A DNA stretch of 64,000 nucleotides from Bigelowiella natans CCMP2755 (Eukaryota; Protista; Cercozoa), in NCBI GenBank assembly GCA_000320545.1, contig ADNK01002595.1, forward strand, positions 63,632 to 127,631. The letters are read 5' to 3'. The notes under the pieces were generated by a model, which saw only the letters and a list, made by a program, of their open reading frames with translations, did no database searches and was not told the DNA's origin. Made by a program: the position numbers and the translations under genes. How positions within the stretch are numbered: position 1 is the first letter of the stretch; every line of letters begins with the position of its first letter. Shown one piece after another: positions 1 through 14,569 of this stretch.

Positions 1-625
1 TTAGAGAAGCACGTTGTGGCGGGTCGTTGGATCCTGCTTTCGGGTTAGCAAATCGTTGAACAACAAGAAGAAGAAGAACAACAACAACAACAACAACAAC
101 AGCAAATAAAGAATAGTAGTAGTAAAAGAGGAGGAGGAGGAGGAGGAGGAGAAGAGAATCGGCACTTTATGTCGCATTTTGTGCGTCTTCCTACGATATA
201 TGACACGGCGATCGACGGTAGATGTGAGTTGTGCTGCAGCCAGGCAAAGCTTCGTTTTGTAACGGTTTTTTCACCGTTATTATTAACTACCACTAATAAT
301 AATATTAAGGCCGCGCGGTTGCATGCCTGTGGAGAGGGAAAAGGAGCTCGATGCCCTCGCATATGGGAAGTTTGCAATAAGCGGTCCTACCTACTGTGTA
401 GCTGCAGCTTGCTGCTGCTGCCTTCATCATCATCATCATCATCATTATCGCCCATTACTTGCTGTGTGGTGTAGTGCCCAGATAGAATCCTTTTCCGGGT
501 TGTTATGTGCGCTGATATATCAATAAATAAATTGGCATTTGGTGGTGGTTTTTGATGTCACAGGCGCCCTGTGTGCGGCGGTGTCTCACGCCGTTCTAAC
601 CCCATTGGAAGTTGTCAAGACGAAG

Positions 626-657
<32 letters not shown>

Positions 658-921
658 TGTACTTTAGGATGGCAATGACTCTAGACAACACAAAAGGAGG
701 GGGGGGGTGAGAATATTCGTATGTTATAATAGTGATGATATGCAACCAACTACTTGCTGCTTCTCTCCTCGTCTCCAGGTACAAATGGAACCCGAGGCGA
801 ACGTTGTAGATGTCGTAAAAGGCACGTTTAGCATGGGTCCTGCTGCCCTATTTAGAGGTAGGCGAGAGTGAGTAATCACAAATACTGATGCGATGTGAGA
901 GTGAGTTCGTGGGATATATTT

Positions 922-956
<35 letters not shown>

Positions 957-1062
957 AATCACGATGGCGATGTACGGAAAGATATCAAGATGTTGGTCTT
1001 AACCTCTCTCAATTTGACGACGAATTGGGTGCTTGTCTATGTTGCTCTCCTCCTCCTCCTCG

Positions 1063-1098
<36 letters not shown>

Positions 1099-1953
1099 CT
1101 ATTATCATCACCATTCTCTCATCCTCCTCCTCCTCTTCTTCTTCTTCTTCTTCTTCTTGCTCCTCAGGCATAGGGCCAACAGCAGCTGGATTCTTCGTCG
1201 GCGGGTCGATGAGCTTTGGCCTCACCGAGCTTTTCCGTAGGCTTTTTGCTGAGGTCATTAGTAAGATGAATGATGATCATGATGATGATGATGATGATGA
1301 TATATCTCTATATCTTGCTGTCATTCACGCTCTGTCGTTGATACTATAACAACAATAGCTTTCGATCGTCAATATCGTCCTGTTTGGATAAATTCCCTTA
1401 ATATTACGGAGTCGTATGCGCGCACATTGAAGTGTATAATATGTGTATCTATCAGACTGTGGGGCCGTCAAACGCAGTATTATACGAGGTGCCGATTGTA
1501 ATTTCAGCAAGGTGGTACTTGAAATGTTAGCAGTCAGATTCGCAGTAGCAGAAGTTATGCGGTGAAAAGAGGAGGAGGAGGAGGAAGAAGAAGACCAGAA
1601 AGATGCTCATTACCATTGGGAATGCAGATTGAACACGTCTTTATCATCATCATTATCATCGTCGTCATCATTAATTCTCCTCTCTCTGCATCCCCTCCAT
1701 GATCATCATCACGACAGCATCACCGCAGTTATCTTTGCCTGTATCGGTGTGGTGCCGTTTGAGGCCGTGCGTATAAAGCTGCAATCCGATGACAATTTTG
1801 CTGATGGCCTTGTAGGAGGCTTTAAGCGCCTCTCCGAGGTTGTGTTAGTACTAGTAGTTAGTCGTTGTTGTTGTTGTAGCAGTGGAATCATCCTTAATTT
1901 CGCACATCGATGTAATTGCACCGCTTTGGCTGTTCTTCCAACCATAGAGATTT

Positions 1954-1988
<35 letters not shown>

Positions 1989-2637
1989 TCTCTACTACCT
2001 ACCTACCGTGTTATCAGGAGTCTGGTATTGTCGGATTCTATGAAGGATTGGGGGCGATTTTATTCAAGGAGATCCCCTTTGCTTTATGCAAATTCGCTGT
2101 GTTTGACGCTGCTTGCTCGCAAATATACGATCGGTAGGTTTTGGTGTTTTCTCCAATATCACACGATCATCGTTTTAGGAGGGAGCATGGTGAAAAGGAA
2201 ATCGGCCAGCGAGAATGTGACAGAAACAGGGATAGATGGATAGATGGATGGTTGGAGAGAGCAAAACCGACATGTGGAATGTGATTTGCCCATGCTAGCA
2301 TGTACACCACAAGAACAGCATAACAACCTGATAATACTGTCGGTGTGTTTGGTGTTACAAAAGGTATCCTGCTGCACGTGAGGCGCTAACGACGGCTTTG
2401 ATCGTCTCGGTGATAGGCGGAGCAATATCAGGCGCAGTGTCAGCAGTCGTGTCTCACCCTGCTGATACTGTGCTGACGACTTTGTACTCTGGTGGAGAGG
2501 GCGGAGGGGATGAGAGGGGGGGGGGTGATGATGACGTGGATAGAAGCGATTTGGTAATTGACAATACGATCATCCTACTACTACTACTACTACTACTACC
2601 ATTAGCAGTATTGCAAGTTCTTTTACTTGCTTGTGTT

Positions 2638-2699
<62 letters not shown>

Positions 2700-3017
2700 C
2701 GTGTGTGCGTCTCTGTGTGTGTAGTACTTGTAGAACTCAAGAAGTATCGTGGGGGGGGAGAGGGGGCATTCTGAAATCTCTTCGTCAGCATATGCTAACG
2801 TTGTTCCTTTACACATTGTTCTCAGCTTGCAGCAGTTCGGCGTATCACCGATGAACGCGGCGTCCAAGGCCTCTTCGCTGGCCTGATTCCCCGCATGATT
2901 TTCGCTGCATCACTGCTGGCACTTGAATTCTTGCTGTACGACTACCTGAAAGTGCTCCTGGGCGTGTCGCCTGACGATCTCGGCCAATATCTTGACGTCC
3001 TCGGGACATTTAGATGA
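1..3017 (+). CDS. Mitochondrial carrier family protein, phosphate carrier (PiC/MIR1/SLC25A3-like), multi-exon, 5' end probably upstream of the window
   Basis: Spliced exons give three carrier signature motifs: HAVLTPLEVVKTK (~565-625), VVPFEAVRIKLQ (~1750-1785) and VSHPADTVLT (~2448-2478). Also present are KEIPFALCKFAVFD and GLFAGLIPRMIF...LLYDYLKVLLG. The TGA stop is at 3015-3017. Confidence 0.88.
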
Positions 3018-3789
3018 TAATGAGGAGGAGGAGGAGGAGGAGGAGGATGATAATCCTGGCAATACAGATTTACACCACCTACGAACAGCATCCATTCCAA
3101 CATCTTCGCAGCTCTTGCGGATCGAGCGAATGGCCTGCGACTGGGATGGATAACAATATCGCCTTGCTTGTCATCATTTCGTTGGTTGACTAATACGGCC
3201 ACCGAATAAGCAATGACGATTTAATGAATATGATGATTATGATGATGACGATGACGATGATGTAATAATAGAGAAAAGCATAGCTGTAAGCGACGGCTGG
3301 ACGCTCAGTCGCTGTCAATATGCTTAGTACACACACTCATCTATCTACGATAGCTACGTGTGCGTGCCATTGTCAATGCATGTCTGGATTCTGTATAACA
3401 TGTCTCGTACATGTATGTGTACACACACATATATGCACATGTACATATACTCTGCATGTCTACATGCATGTACACATAGCAGCTTGTTGGTCGGCACGCA
3501 TATAGCGGATACTATAATATCTGCGGACGCATTGCATTATTAGTGCGGCAAGTGTTGAAATCATGCTATTGCAGTATTTTGCCGTGACATAAGAAATTGT
3601 GATTTATTAACAAATAAGTACATACATCTATATATATACAATATGGATGCGTTATGCAGCTGCAGCCTAGTCGATCGACGTACAGCTGCCATTCGAGGTA
3701 TCTGTGTTATCACATGCACATGTTGTACGGGTGCTCCCCTATTACTCGCTTCTAGGTGGTTCTATACGTCCTGTTGTGCATCGCATCAG

Positions 3790-5124
3790 TTACTTCCACG
3801 ACTTTGCCAGAAGCTCTTTGGGCTTGGCCCTCACCAGCTTTCCATTTTGATAATCCCTATGTATTTATGAATAACCACGTACCACAGGGGTACGAATTCT
3901 TGAGCGTATATAATTAATACAAAAGGTGTGTGGAAAGCAATACCGACATATTTGACCGCTGTGCCGCATCAGGACGAATGCTTGGTGTTGTACATTGTTT
4001 TTCTTCATCATAGTCATCATCATCATCATCATCCTCATCAATATCACCGGATGCATTCCATGATTTCTTCCTGCGTGTTCATGACAAACGGTCCGTGCCA
4101 CGCAACAGGCTCCTTCAACTTCTTTCCAGCGAGAAGCATGAATTTAAGACCCTTGTCTCCCGCAGTGAAGGATACCGCACCTCCGTCCTATTTGAGAATG
4201 TTGTTTGTTTACTATTGCTACTATTGCCAACGCCCTGCTAGTGCTAAGTACTTCTCTGAACGTATCATACCTCAGAGAATAGTAGGGTAGATGTCCTCTC
4301 AGCTTTCACTTCTGCATCATAACAACAACACAGAGCTAATCAACACATTCCAACCGAAGGAAGAGTACAATTTTGCTTCATTTCTCTCCTCCTCCTCCTC
4401 CTCCTCCTCCTCTCAGGTTCTGTGCCCCTCATCCATCCTGTGGTGTATCTTTCCTTCCCTTCCTTCTCATGCTACTTCTTGCTGCTGCTACATTCTCTCG
4501 CTAACATCTCATCACCCTTGGAAGTGAACGTTCCCTCTCCTTCGTAGACGTAGACGATGCACGTTTCCATCTCCTAATCAGGGGGTTAGCAATGAAGGGG
4601 CTGATTAACGATCGACGATGATGACGATGATGACGACGATGATGATGATGATGACGACGACGATGCTGATGATGATGATAGCAGTTCATTTGCCGAGATG
4701 ATTACAAAGAAAACAAGCCCCCCCCCCCCATCCTTCACAAACACATCTCTGGAGGGACAGAGCAGCGTGTTAGATGATCCTTACAAGCTGCTTTAAGGCA
4801 TTAGCGACCTTGGGAATGTTATGCGTGTAGGATGCGTTGGCCTCTAGCATAAACTCAATGTACTGAATCGGTACCTACGATGATATATCATGTTTGCAAA
4901 ATCCTGATTTGATTGATCTCTATTTTTCATCAGCAGTGTCATCATCATCACACCATCATCATCACACCATCATCATCATCATCATCATCATCATTATTGG
5001 AAATTATCATTTGTGTGTATGAGGGGCGGAATACACACCACGGGCTGGATCTTCGCCTTTACGTCTCCCACAGTGCCTATCATCACGGTCAAAAACAAAT
5101 CATCCTTCTACACCATCCTTGCGG

Positions 5125-5165
<41 letters not shown>

Positions 5166-5316
5166 TTAAAACTTATGCTAATCATCTTATAAGTATTCAC
5201 CAACCTGCAATAATATTAGCTTGGACACTACCATCCTTATTCCTAGATACATCATTAGCATCAGCATCGACAGCAGTAGCAGCAGCACGTGCAATATTCG
5301 GTGATATTCTTTCACA

Positions 5317-5355
<39 letters not shown>

Positions 5356-6381
5356 CAAATCTCATAGATCACATAATGACAAACAGCCGCAAACAAGAAT
5401 GCATACATGCGAGTTGTATATTGGTATAGAATCGTGAGAGAAAGTGTTGCTTCTTGCTGCATATATGTGATGTACGTGTAGTGCGGTTTCTCCTTGCTTC
5501 GGATGGTGCGGTAGGCCGGATCTATCCACTGATCATTGTAGTAATGGTAGTAGTAGTAGTGGTAGAAGAAGAAGAAGAAATAGAAGCAAAAGATTCACAT
5601 TTTCAAAGTTTAAACCTAAAAACCTCACAGGAAAAGTTCCTGTACAACATCATAAAGAGCCTGCCTTTGCGTGTAATAAAAAACTTTGTTATCCCCCCCC
5701 CCCCCTCCCCTGCATCCCGATTCTCCATTCCGCAACCTTGTGCTTCTTTGGCAAGTTGATCCACATTTGGAACCCGTGTAGCTTCCCGCCCGGGTGGTTT
5801 CGGCCCTCATCTTTTCGAAATATCAGATGAAAACAACAACAGCAATCAGTGAAAATAGAAGGGAGAGCATAAGGGACCATGTATGAAGAGAGAGGGGGGG
5901 GGGGGGGGGGGGGAGGAGGGAAAGAGAAGACATGCTGCCTGTGATCTAATAAATCTATAACCATGAATGATGCCGCTTCCTGCTGTCATCCACTGACACT
6001 AAAGAAAGATCAGTAGCATCAAATCATCATAATCTTGAGCCAGTAAAAGCGGCAAAGAACGCATGTCTTCGTCGCCATGGAATGACGGCATTATTATTGT
6101 TGATAATTTTGTCCTTGCTGATGATGGGAGATTTTATTACGTCTCCAGCGTATAGCGATCCTTTATTCCCCGTTGAGTCTTGGTGGTCCCCCTGCCCTTC
6201 CTTGAGGTACATCACAGTGTCAATTCCTCTGTGGGGATGCCAAGGAGCCCTGATGATGATGATGATGATGAAGATGGTGAAGATGATGAAGATGATGGTC
6301 ATTGTCTTGAACTAGTTATCCGATCTTTCGGGTAGTATTAGTTTTGGTTGTTGTTTGTATTACATAATATTATATATGTAT

Positions 6382-6437
<56 letters not shown>

Positions 6438-7064
6438 CCCCCTTCCCTTCTCCCCCCTTGCTACGTGAGTTGTACGTCGTATTATCTGCTCGTCGTCGTC
6501 TCAATTACTACCCTTCAAATTCTCCCTTTCCATACGTTACAGGACCGAGCTCATCGAGCTGAGAGAAGCACCCAGGAATGGTGATTTGATAAATCTTGTA
6601 CATTTCCTCACTTCTCTAGGGATATACAGATGTATACATAACACAATGGGCGGAGGAGACCTACACTACCATGAGGAAAGGGTCAGTCGTCGCGGTTGAC
6701 ATCTCGCTGTCTCCGATGGGCCTGGAAACGAGTGAATTTGGTATTAAATTGATGCTATGCGTGGAAGTAAGCAGAAGAAGACATCAGAAGATCGAGAATT
6801 TAGTCTTGTAGATTAGTCTGGCTACTAATCGATGACCTGTGAATTGTGAATCCAGCTCCCTCCTTGCGGGTAACAGCCTTTTATACAACATTTGCCAGAG
6901 GCAGGGGGAAAGAGAATAATGCATATTTGCACACGTAGATATACACGTACATATACATATACAATATGCATCGTGTGTGTATTTAAGAGTACCTTGAATG
7001 TCTTCACCACGGTTCTTTCCTCCACGTTTCCCTGTCCTCCGCTCTTTGACTCTACTCTACTCAT
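3790..7064 (-). CDS. Pirin (bicupin, Fe-binding) family protein, ~14 exons; possible N-terminal extension to ~7280
   Basis: Spliced reading: RTVVKTFK-AVTRKEGAGFTIHR-PIGDSEMSTATTDPFLM-LDELGP...-APWHPHRGIDTVMY...-MTAGSGIIH-DEG...LHGFQMWINLP...-EPVAWHGPFVMNTQEEI-DYQNGKL*. The HPH, H and E metal ligands are intact. Confidence 0.92.
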
Positions 7065-7580
7065 ACTACAGCTTCCTTCTTCAGACGCCTGGCAAGAAGA
7101 TAATAGGAGCACTCCGATAAAGTAAAGATTGTGTAACGTCCTGGCTTTACGCTCTTAGCGTCGTCTGCGCTCGCGCGTTCGTCTTGGAAATGGTGTGCCT
7201 CCTGAGTTGTGGAGGGGTGGGTGGGTTGTTCCCTAGGTTCCGAGTTGTGAGCATACCAGAGTAAGAGCACGATTATCACCACTTAGATATGTCTTAAAAT
7301 CAACAGTCATCTAGCCAATATGTTCCATAAAAATACCCACATGTATCCACTGCGACAACGATGAACCGCCTGGCGCGTAATAAAAAACAACTCACTCCCC
7401 GTGCATCTCATCTGGGCACGAAACTCAGATGATCGAGCCTAATATTTGGCTCACCCGTGGTTGTCGCACACGTGAAATACCATGCGATTATATCTTAAAT
7501 GATGAGCTGCCGTTCGAGTACCAGTAACTGAAGACTGAAGGCGATTGTCGCGTAGACAGCCATAGAGCAAATCCAGCGAA

Positions 7581-7638
7581 GAACAACAGCAAACACCACA
7601 GAGAGGAGGGAACAACAGCAAACACCACAGAGAGGAGG
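7581..7638 (+). repeat. Perfect 29-bp tandem duplication in the pirin/U-box divergent spacer
   Basis: gaacaacagcaaacaccacagagaggagg occurs twice head-to-tail (7581-7609, 7610-7638). Confidence 0.9.
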
Positions 7639-7744
7639 AGGAGGAGCAGGATGGTGTTCGAATCAAACTCTCAACGAAGGAGAGGGGCGGGCTAGCTGCT
7701 GGAATAGCGTTTGACATACGCACCAAACCGAATATTTAAGGGCA

Positions 7745-9271
7745 ATGGCAACGAAAATAGAGGTATTGCTACTACTACCACACCACCACTGAAGAGAGGA
7801 CCGTTTGCAGATGCTGATGTATTCGGGTATTCTCTTCTGTACAGGGCTATCGATGTGCGATCACGCAGTTGATCATGGAGAATCCAGCGGTTGCTGCTGG
7901 TACGATGCGATTTTAATCTATTGCTCTCGTTGTCCGGCTGTTGGCTTCATTTTGACAGAATAGCTGTGCGAAGTATATCCACATACTTACTCATACCGTG
8001 TCGCACTAATATCGCCGATGAATTAGATGGATTCTGCTATGAATGGAATGAGATCGAACGGTGGCTTCGCACCCATGATAGGTTGTTCCAGAGTATATCT
8101 GTCGTGATTCGTAAATGACAAATTTTGTAAACATGGAAGAATAAGCATACCGTCCTCAGGTCCCCTATGACGAACATGGCCCTTCCACACAAATTCCTAA
8201 ACCCGAACCGCAGCTTAAAGACTCAAATACAGGTAAAATTTGCACACAGTCTAGAAATATGTCATTGGGTAATTATGGTTGACGCTGAGGGGAAATGACG
8301 TTCTTTTTTACGACGAACAGGAGTATTTAGCTAAGCACCCGGAACTTTACAGCAAAGGTGCGGCATTATGATGTTGCGAAATATACCTCACTGATTTTAT
8401 CATCATACATTCTTCATGTTAACGTGCGTGTTGTTATCAAAGGAGAGGTTTATATCAGTCAAGAGCAACAGGTAAATCCATATTACACAACTGTGCCCTA
8501 TTGCCCTTCCTTTTTTTCTTTGTGTGTTGTGGTTTCAGTGAGAATTATTTACGTCTGAATTCTTTCTCCTCCCCTCTGCTACGCTGTCTCGTTGTTTATT
8601 TAGCTTCGGTTTCGCGCGGAGTTGTTGGATTTAGTCCGCAAAGATGACATTAAGGTGGAAGTAGAATAAGTAGAAACGACACAAGTTGATGAGATTCACA
8701 ATGATCTATGGACGCAAGAATAGATGCCACGCAGTATATACACTGAACACTCAACATGACTGAAATTCTCCATCCTGGCTCTCCTTCGCCTCATTTGTAG
8801 GGTCTCCCTTTGCGCTTGATCAAAGCAAATGTCGCCGCACCCTATAACACATCGTATTTTGATGAAGATGACATAAAGAACGGCGAAGACGAGGGAAGGG
8901 AGACAGGACTAACTCATCCTTCCCCGGCACAAAATGACAGACTACTGCATTTTGCTGCACGTTGTGGCGCTGTCAAAACTGTATCGTATCTGCTGGAGCA
9001 ACGGTAGCGAACGCAGCATGTGTGCGCAGAAGAAATGTTTGATAATACTCTATTTCTAAGGAAAACATCTACTACTTCTGAAGTGAAACTTGTTGCGCGA
9101 CACACGATACTCCCTTCGTTCTTATGGCGTCCATTTATCTAATCGGGTGGTGTGTGTCTTATTTTCTGTCTTTTCCATCAATGTCAGTGCAAGCCTTGCG
9201 GTGCAGAATGTATACGCAGAGACACCGCTGCACTCTGTCCTCCGTGGCACAACAGATGACGATTTAGCGCT

Positions 9272-9319
<48 letters not shown>

Positions 9320-9723
9320 ATGTGTGTGTGTGTACAGTGTGCTTGGGTTTGTACTTTACACGTAAATATGTGTTGGCATACTTGTGAGCTTGCATGTATC
9401 ATGCCTACCTGATTGATGTGCTGTTATACTTGCAGAGATGTTACACAGTATGCGACGATCAATGAACCGGTATCCTGAGTCTCACGTACCAGCATCAACT
9501 TCATCACCATGTATTACTACTCCTACTACTATTACTACAACTACTACAACAACAACTGCTGCTGCTACTACTACTACTACTTTGCTACGAGGAATAGAAT
9601 AGAAATTCCAATATCTCCTTCCTTATTGAGCAGATATAGATGTAGCGTGGCCCTGCAATACGCATCTTTGCATCAACGATAGTATGTCTCGGTATTAGGA
9701 GACTGTTTTATGTTGTGCTGGTG

Positions 9724-9763
<40 letters not shown>

Positions 9764-11199
9764 TATTATGTGTGTGTGTGTTTATGTGGGCTGATCTTGC
9801 AGTGCTAACGACATTGAAGGACAAGAGGCTGCCATCTGCACACACCACTGACATCTGGGAAGACTCTTCGTCATCACCAAAGAAGCAGAGTATAATACAA
9901 AAGGAGGGGGATATAGATCTCGAAGAAGATGATGCGTCTTTCTCTAAGATAAACGATATCAGCCTTAAAAACCATCTGGGGAGGGAGGAGGAGCAAAATG
10001 GGGAGGGAGAAACGAAGCAAGATCTTGCAAGTACAGCAGATACGATCTCTTCTGCTGCAGGACGGAAGATGGCTAGTGATATGTATCCCATCCTTGCTCC
10101 TCCTCAACGTCATCAGGTGTGCATATATAGTCGTACTATCAAGACATATACAATAGCATTTCGGATACTACAATGATGCTAATGACTATATTCTCCTTCC
10201 CACCTCTTTTCTGTCGGCATTGCATCTCGGCGTTGTTATCATATCAACCTCATGATGAAGTCTTTCTCTCACAACTACTCTAGGATGCTCCTAGTGCACC
10301 GCCGTTGCTCGTTCCTGCATTCAGCGATTATGGAAACGATAGCGAGGGCAATGAGAAGGATAGCACTAAGGACAATGTACCACTATCTCCCCCCAGTCGC
10401 AACCCCTTCCATCAGCCCTTCAGTGATTTGTACTCTTCGTCATCATCGAAGCTGGTTTTGTCAGAAGTGTCACCGATATCTGTAAGTGCTATGCTTCTCA
10501 ACGCAAAGGATAACAGTGGCCTCACGGTGCTGCATCTTGCTGCCAAATCCACCTTTAAGGTACTTAAATAGGAAGGTTTTTCGTCGTATAAACAACAATG
10601 CTTTCAGTTACTACATATCTCTTTCATTCCTTCCAGCATAAGCGCCAGCAGCTGTCGGGTATGATCAAGTGTCTGCAGTTCCTACTGAATGAACCCACAT
10701 GCGACGTGCATGTGCAGGATGCAAATGGTGGTTGATATATAATTATATCTATATATATATATATATATATATATTTAAGCAATATGGCGCTTGAGGGGGG
10801 TTGGGAAGGAAGAGAAAAGATAAGATATATGCTGAATTGTCGGTAGGTAAGTTTCGTCGATGATGCACGGCATTGACGATAGTAGGTGTAACTAACACGC
10901 ACTACTACTTTTTATGCAGGCTGTACAGCGCTACATCTGTCTGTCGAGGCTGGTAGATGATATATCTTCACGCATATCTTGCGTGTAGACACTACCGCAA
11001 CCACTACTGCACATACACAAATACTATAGATTTGTTCATAAATTCAAGTGAGATGCTGATACATTACCACTAACACGTATTCCGTACTTCTACTACTACT
11101 CTCTTCAGGAAACAAACATGCAGTCGAAATGCTTCTGGAATCAAACTCAGATCCGTCAGCACGTAATCGGTAAAGTGAAGCGGATTATATCTCACCCTG

Positions 11200-11238
<39 letters not shown>

Positions 11239-11833
11239 TATGTATATAAATATGTTTAATTATTTAATTCTCACTGGACATTTGATACCTTTCAAAGGGA
11301 AGGTAGGACAGCGTTTGATGTGTGCAAAGGGGTCGGAGGAGTGGATGAGGAATGGTTCCAAGAGGCGGTGCTGAGGGTGGTAATCATGCGTTTCGGAAGA
11401 AAATAAAAAAAGAAACGATGAGTAAGAAAATAAAATAAGATGAATAGGGCTAAGGATACTCAACGTGCATGTGGTATTCAACCTAATCTCCTCTCTAATG
11501 CAGAGGAAAGCGCGGCTCGAGAAAAGTGGAGGGTCCGATGCTGCAACGATGATCTTAGAGCTCAAGGTAGATGCTTCCATCTGAGTCTATTATTTCTTCC
11601 TTTCTTTCTAAATATTAGCCGACATTTTATGTAAATTACTGGATCTCATACTTGTTAATCGGTGGTGAAGGGACAAGTCGAGGCGATACAAAGGCAGATG
11701 CAACGCCAACAGACTCAGCATGATCGTACACTCAATACTGTAGTTACCCCTCACTATATATGTACATTGATAAGAAGATCAATGACTCAAGTTTTAATAA
11801 ATGCTGTTCAACCATTGGCTCCTTTTTGTCTCC

Positions 11834-11877
<44 letters not shown>

Positions 11878-12533
11878 CTCTCTCTCTTCCCTCAGACATG
11901 CACAGATTCTTCCACATTCGCTTTACTAAAATGATATAGCAAATACGAATGGAAGCGAGTACATGTAGCTGTCATCATCGCTCACACCTTTGTTGCACCA
12001 AAGGCTATACAGAGGATTCGCTGCTTAGAAATCGGTCATGCGGATCTATACCGCGACAACCAAAGACTAAAGACCTCTATCGTTATCGCTCAGAACACGA
12101 TACGGAGGTAATGTGAAGTACTTGGAAATATACGAAGAAATCCCTTCTTGCAGGATACAATATATTCTAAAGACAGGATGCACAGATTAGAATATGCAAC
12201 CTTGATTGAATATAATAGGGCGCAGCCGAGGGAGCAAAAGCGAATCCAGAGCGCGGAAAGGAGATTTCAAAAGGCGCTCCGTGCGAGCAAAGACCGGGTG
12301 AGGCTGACACAAGGAGGAGGGGTCTCGTTTAAGAGGGTGGGGGTGGGGTTATGAAACGCTATCTTTCGATGCATGGCACTTTTCTTCGTTTATCATTTTG
12401 TAAATTTTCTCTGATTATAACAGGATGGAAAGGAGAAAGACCCTGTAGCTGCGTACAAGGGATTCAAACAGGCAGCAGCCGATGGACATACGCGTAGCAT
12501 GTGAGCAGCATCATAAATAAAACGCGAGTTCCT

Positions 12534-12569
<36 letters not shown>

Positions 12570-12850
12570 CCCATATGATCACGAATCTTGGTGTTCTTCT
12601 GCATCAATAGGTACCATCTCGCCATCTGCTACGAAAATGGATTCGGTATTAGGAAGGACATGTCAAAGGTCGATTTTCATGAAGGGGATGAAGATCATTG
12701 AGGGGGGGGGTGGATGATTACACACCAATTCCTATCTCTTTCCAGGCATTTAAGTGGTACGAAATGGCCGCGCTTCAGGGAAACTTCAGAGCGCAAACAG
12801 AGGTGCACCCGATGATTTGACGAGAGAGAAGGCTTGTGTTGATGCATGCA

Positions 12851-12887
<37 letters not shown>

Positions 12888-13089
12888 CGGCTTCATGATC
12901 CAATAAGTCTTTGTTTGTGATCGTTTCGTAGGTGGGGTACTTCTATCGCCATGGAATTGGAGTGAAGAGAGACGATTTCATGGCTGTGGAATGGTACAAC
13001 AACCGCGACAACAACGAGGAAGACGATGATGGTTGCGATGATGATATGATGATGATGCTACGGTAGGATTTGCGATAGCGTTGGTGGAA

Positions 13090-13126
<37 letters not shown>

Positions 13127-13411
13127 TGCTTCTATCATCCAGGTATACACGCGCTGCAGAAGCAGGACATTCTGTGGCGCAGTATAATTTGGGACTTCGA
13201 TTCTTGGACGGAAAAGGTACAGTTGTTTTCTTCAAATCTGCTATAAATCTGCTAAATTATAGAGTCTTGATATAGGGTTGCGTGAGCCGAATCGCGAGAA
13301 AGCAGTTTATTGGTTGAAAAGAGCGGCCTTGCAGAAGGTAAGATGTGCTTCTAGATCAATTGACAACGTATATTATATATGCATATATAAATATATATAA
13401 TTATCTATTTA

Positions 13412-13443
<32 letters not shown>

Positions 13444-13562
13444 CACGTCTTCTTATTATGGAGGGACGGGTTTTATTTTAGCCCAATTATCATGAATTGT
13501 GCAACTTTTAGGATAAAGACGCTTGCAAGAAGCTCCTCAAAATGGGAATAGTAATCTCATGA
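7745..13562 (+). CDS. U-box + ankyrin repeats + coiled coil + Sel1-like repeats protein (putative E3 ubiquitin ligase)
   Basis: U-box: YRCAITQLIMENPAVAADGFCYEWNEIERWLRTHDRSPMTNMAL...PNRSLKTQIQ. Ankyrins: LLHFAARCG, ETPLHSVL, DNSGLTVLHLAA, GCTALHLSV. About four Sel1 repeats: YHLAICYENGFG, AFKWYEMAALQG, AQYNLGLRFLDGKG. Stop at 13560-13562. Confidence 0.85.
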
Positions 13563-14569
13563 GCAGCTCGCATTATGGCAATTTTAACCGCAACTAGCAT
13601 TATTCATGGAGGGATGTATACTGTGACATATAAGTCTCGCATATCTGCGTATAAAGTTCATCTATGTGCATACAACCTTTGTGTCTGGTGACCTTAAGGA
13701 AAAAAAACCTTCTTTCAATATATATTCGCGAGCTCACGACGATTGGTTTTCATTTGAAATGCTGAATGATGGCAGCATCGTGGCTGTGCTGCCTAAAATT
13801 AGAGTCAATGGTTCGTATGCACAGCCAAACTCTCTCAGAGCATCTACTGCCAAGATGAGAGCCTTGTGCAAGGAGCTGGCGTGTGTGATGAACTGCACTT
13901 GTGCGAGCTGTGTTGTGTCATTGTGGTGCATGGATGTCACCACCTGCTGTGGATCATCGGCACATTGTCAAGAAATATTCACTGACATTGCCGTGCAATT
14001 TAAACTCTTCCTGGGACATGTGCCGCAAATGCACATTTACTGCTATACTGCTGTATCAACATTTTTGCAAATTTCACATTGTACGCACATTAGCGAAGCG
14101 CCTGCATGGCTAATGTCACAGCGATACGCGAGATTCATGTACTAACGATGCGAAAAGCAAAGGAAATGATGAGTGAGCATGCATGCACAGCTAGCGCTTC
14201 AAGATCTAAAGAGCTACGTGCAACTAGATGTATTATCTTGCTGCTGTTCGATTCCCGCTTATTATACGGTTGCTGCGGCAGCAAGCACAGGTATGCGGAA
14301 TTATAGTACTATTGATGTTCATACAATAGCGGCATCGTGCAAAGAAGATGTAATAGTATTTGTTCCTCTGATTTTATATTGATTTTCCTAGAGCTTCTTA
14401 AGCAAAGTGGGGTAGTTTTCTAGAACCTGAACCAAAGTATTAAAGTATAAATCTAGTGCATAACTGTTAATTATCTACACCTCTGTGTACAGTCATAATG
14501 CAACATAGAAATGTCTGTTGGTGTTCTGCATGATTTCAATCGCATATCCATAAAAACATAGGGCAAACA

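Noticed and set aside
13666-14145. 159-aa ORF in the U-box/asd spacer
   Set aside because: No recognisable domain, a non-ATG start, and it lies in a repeat-like block. I cannot support it as a gene or transposase.
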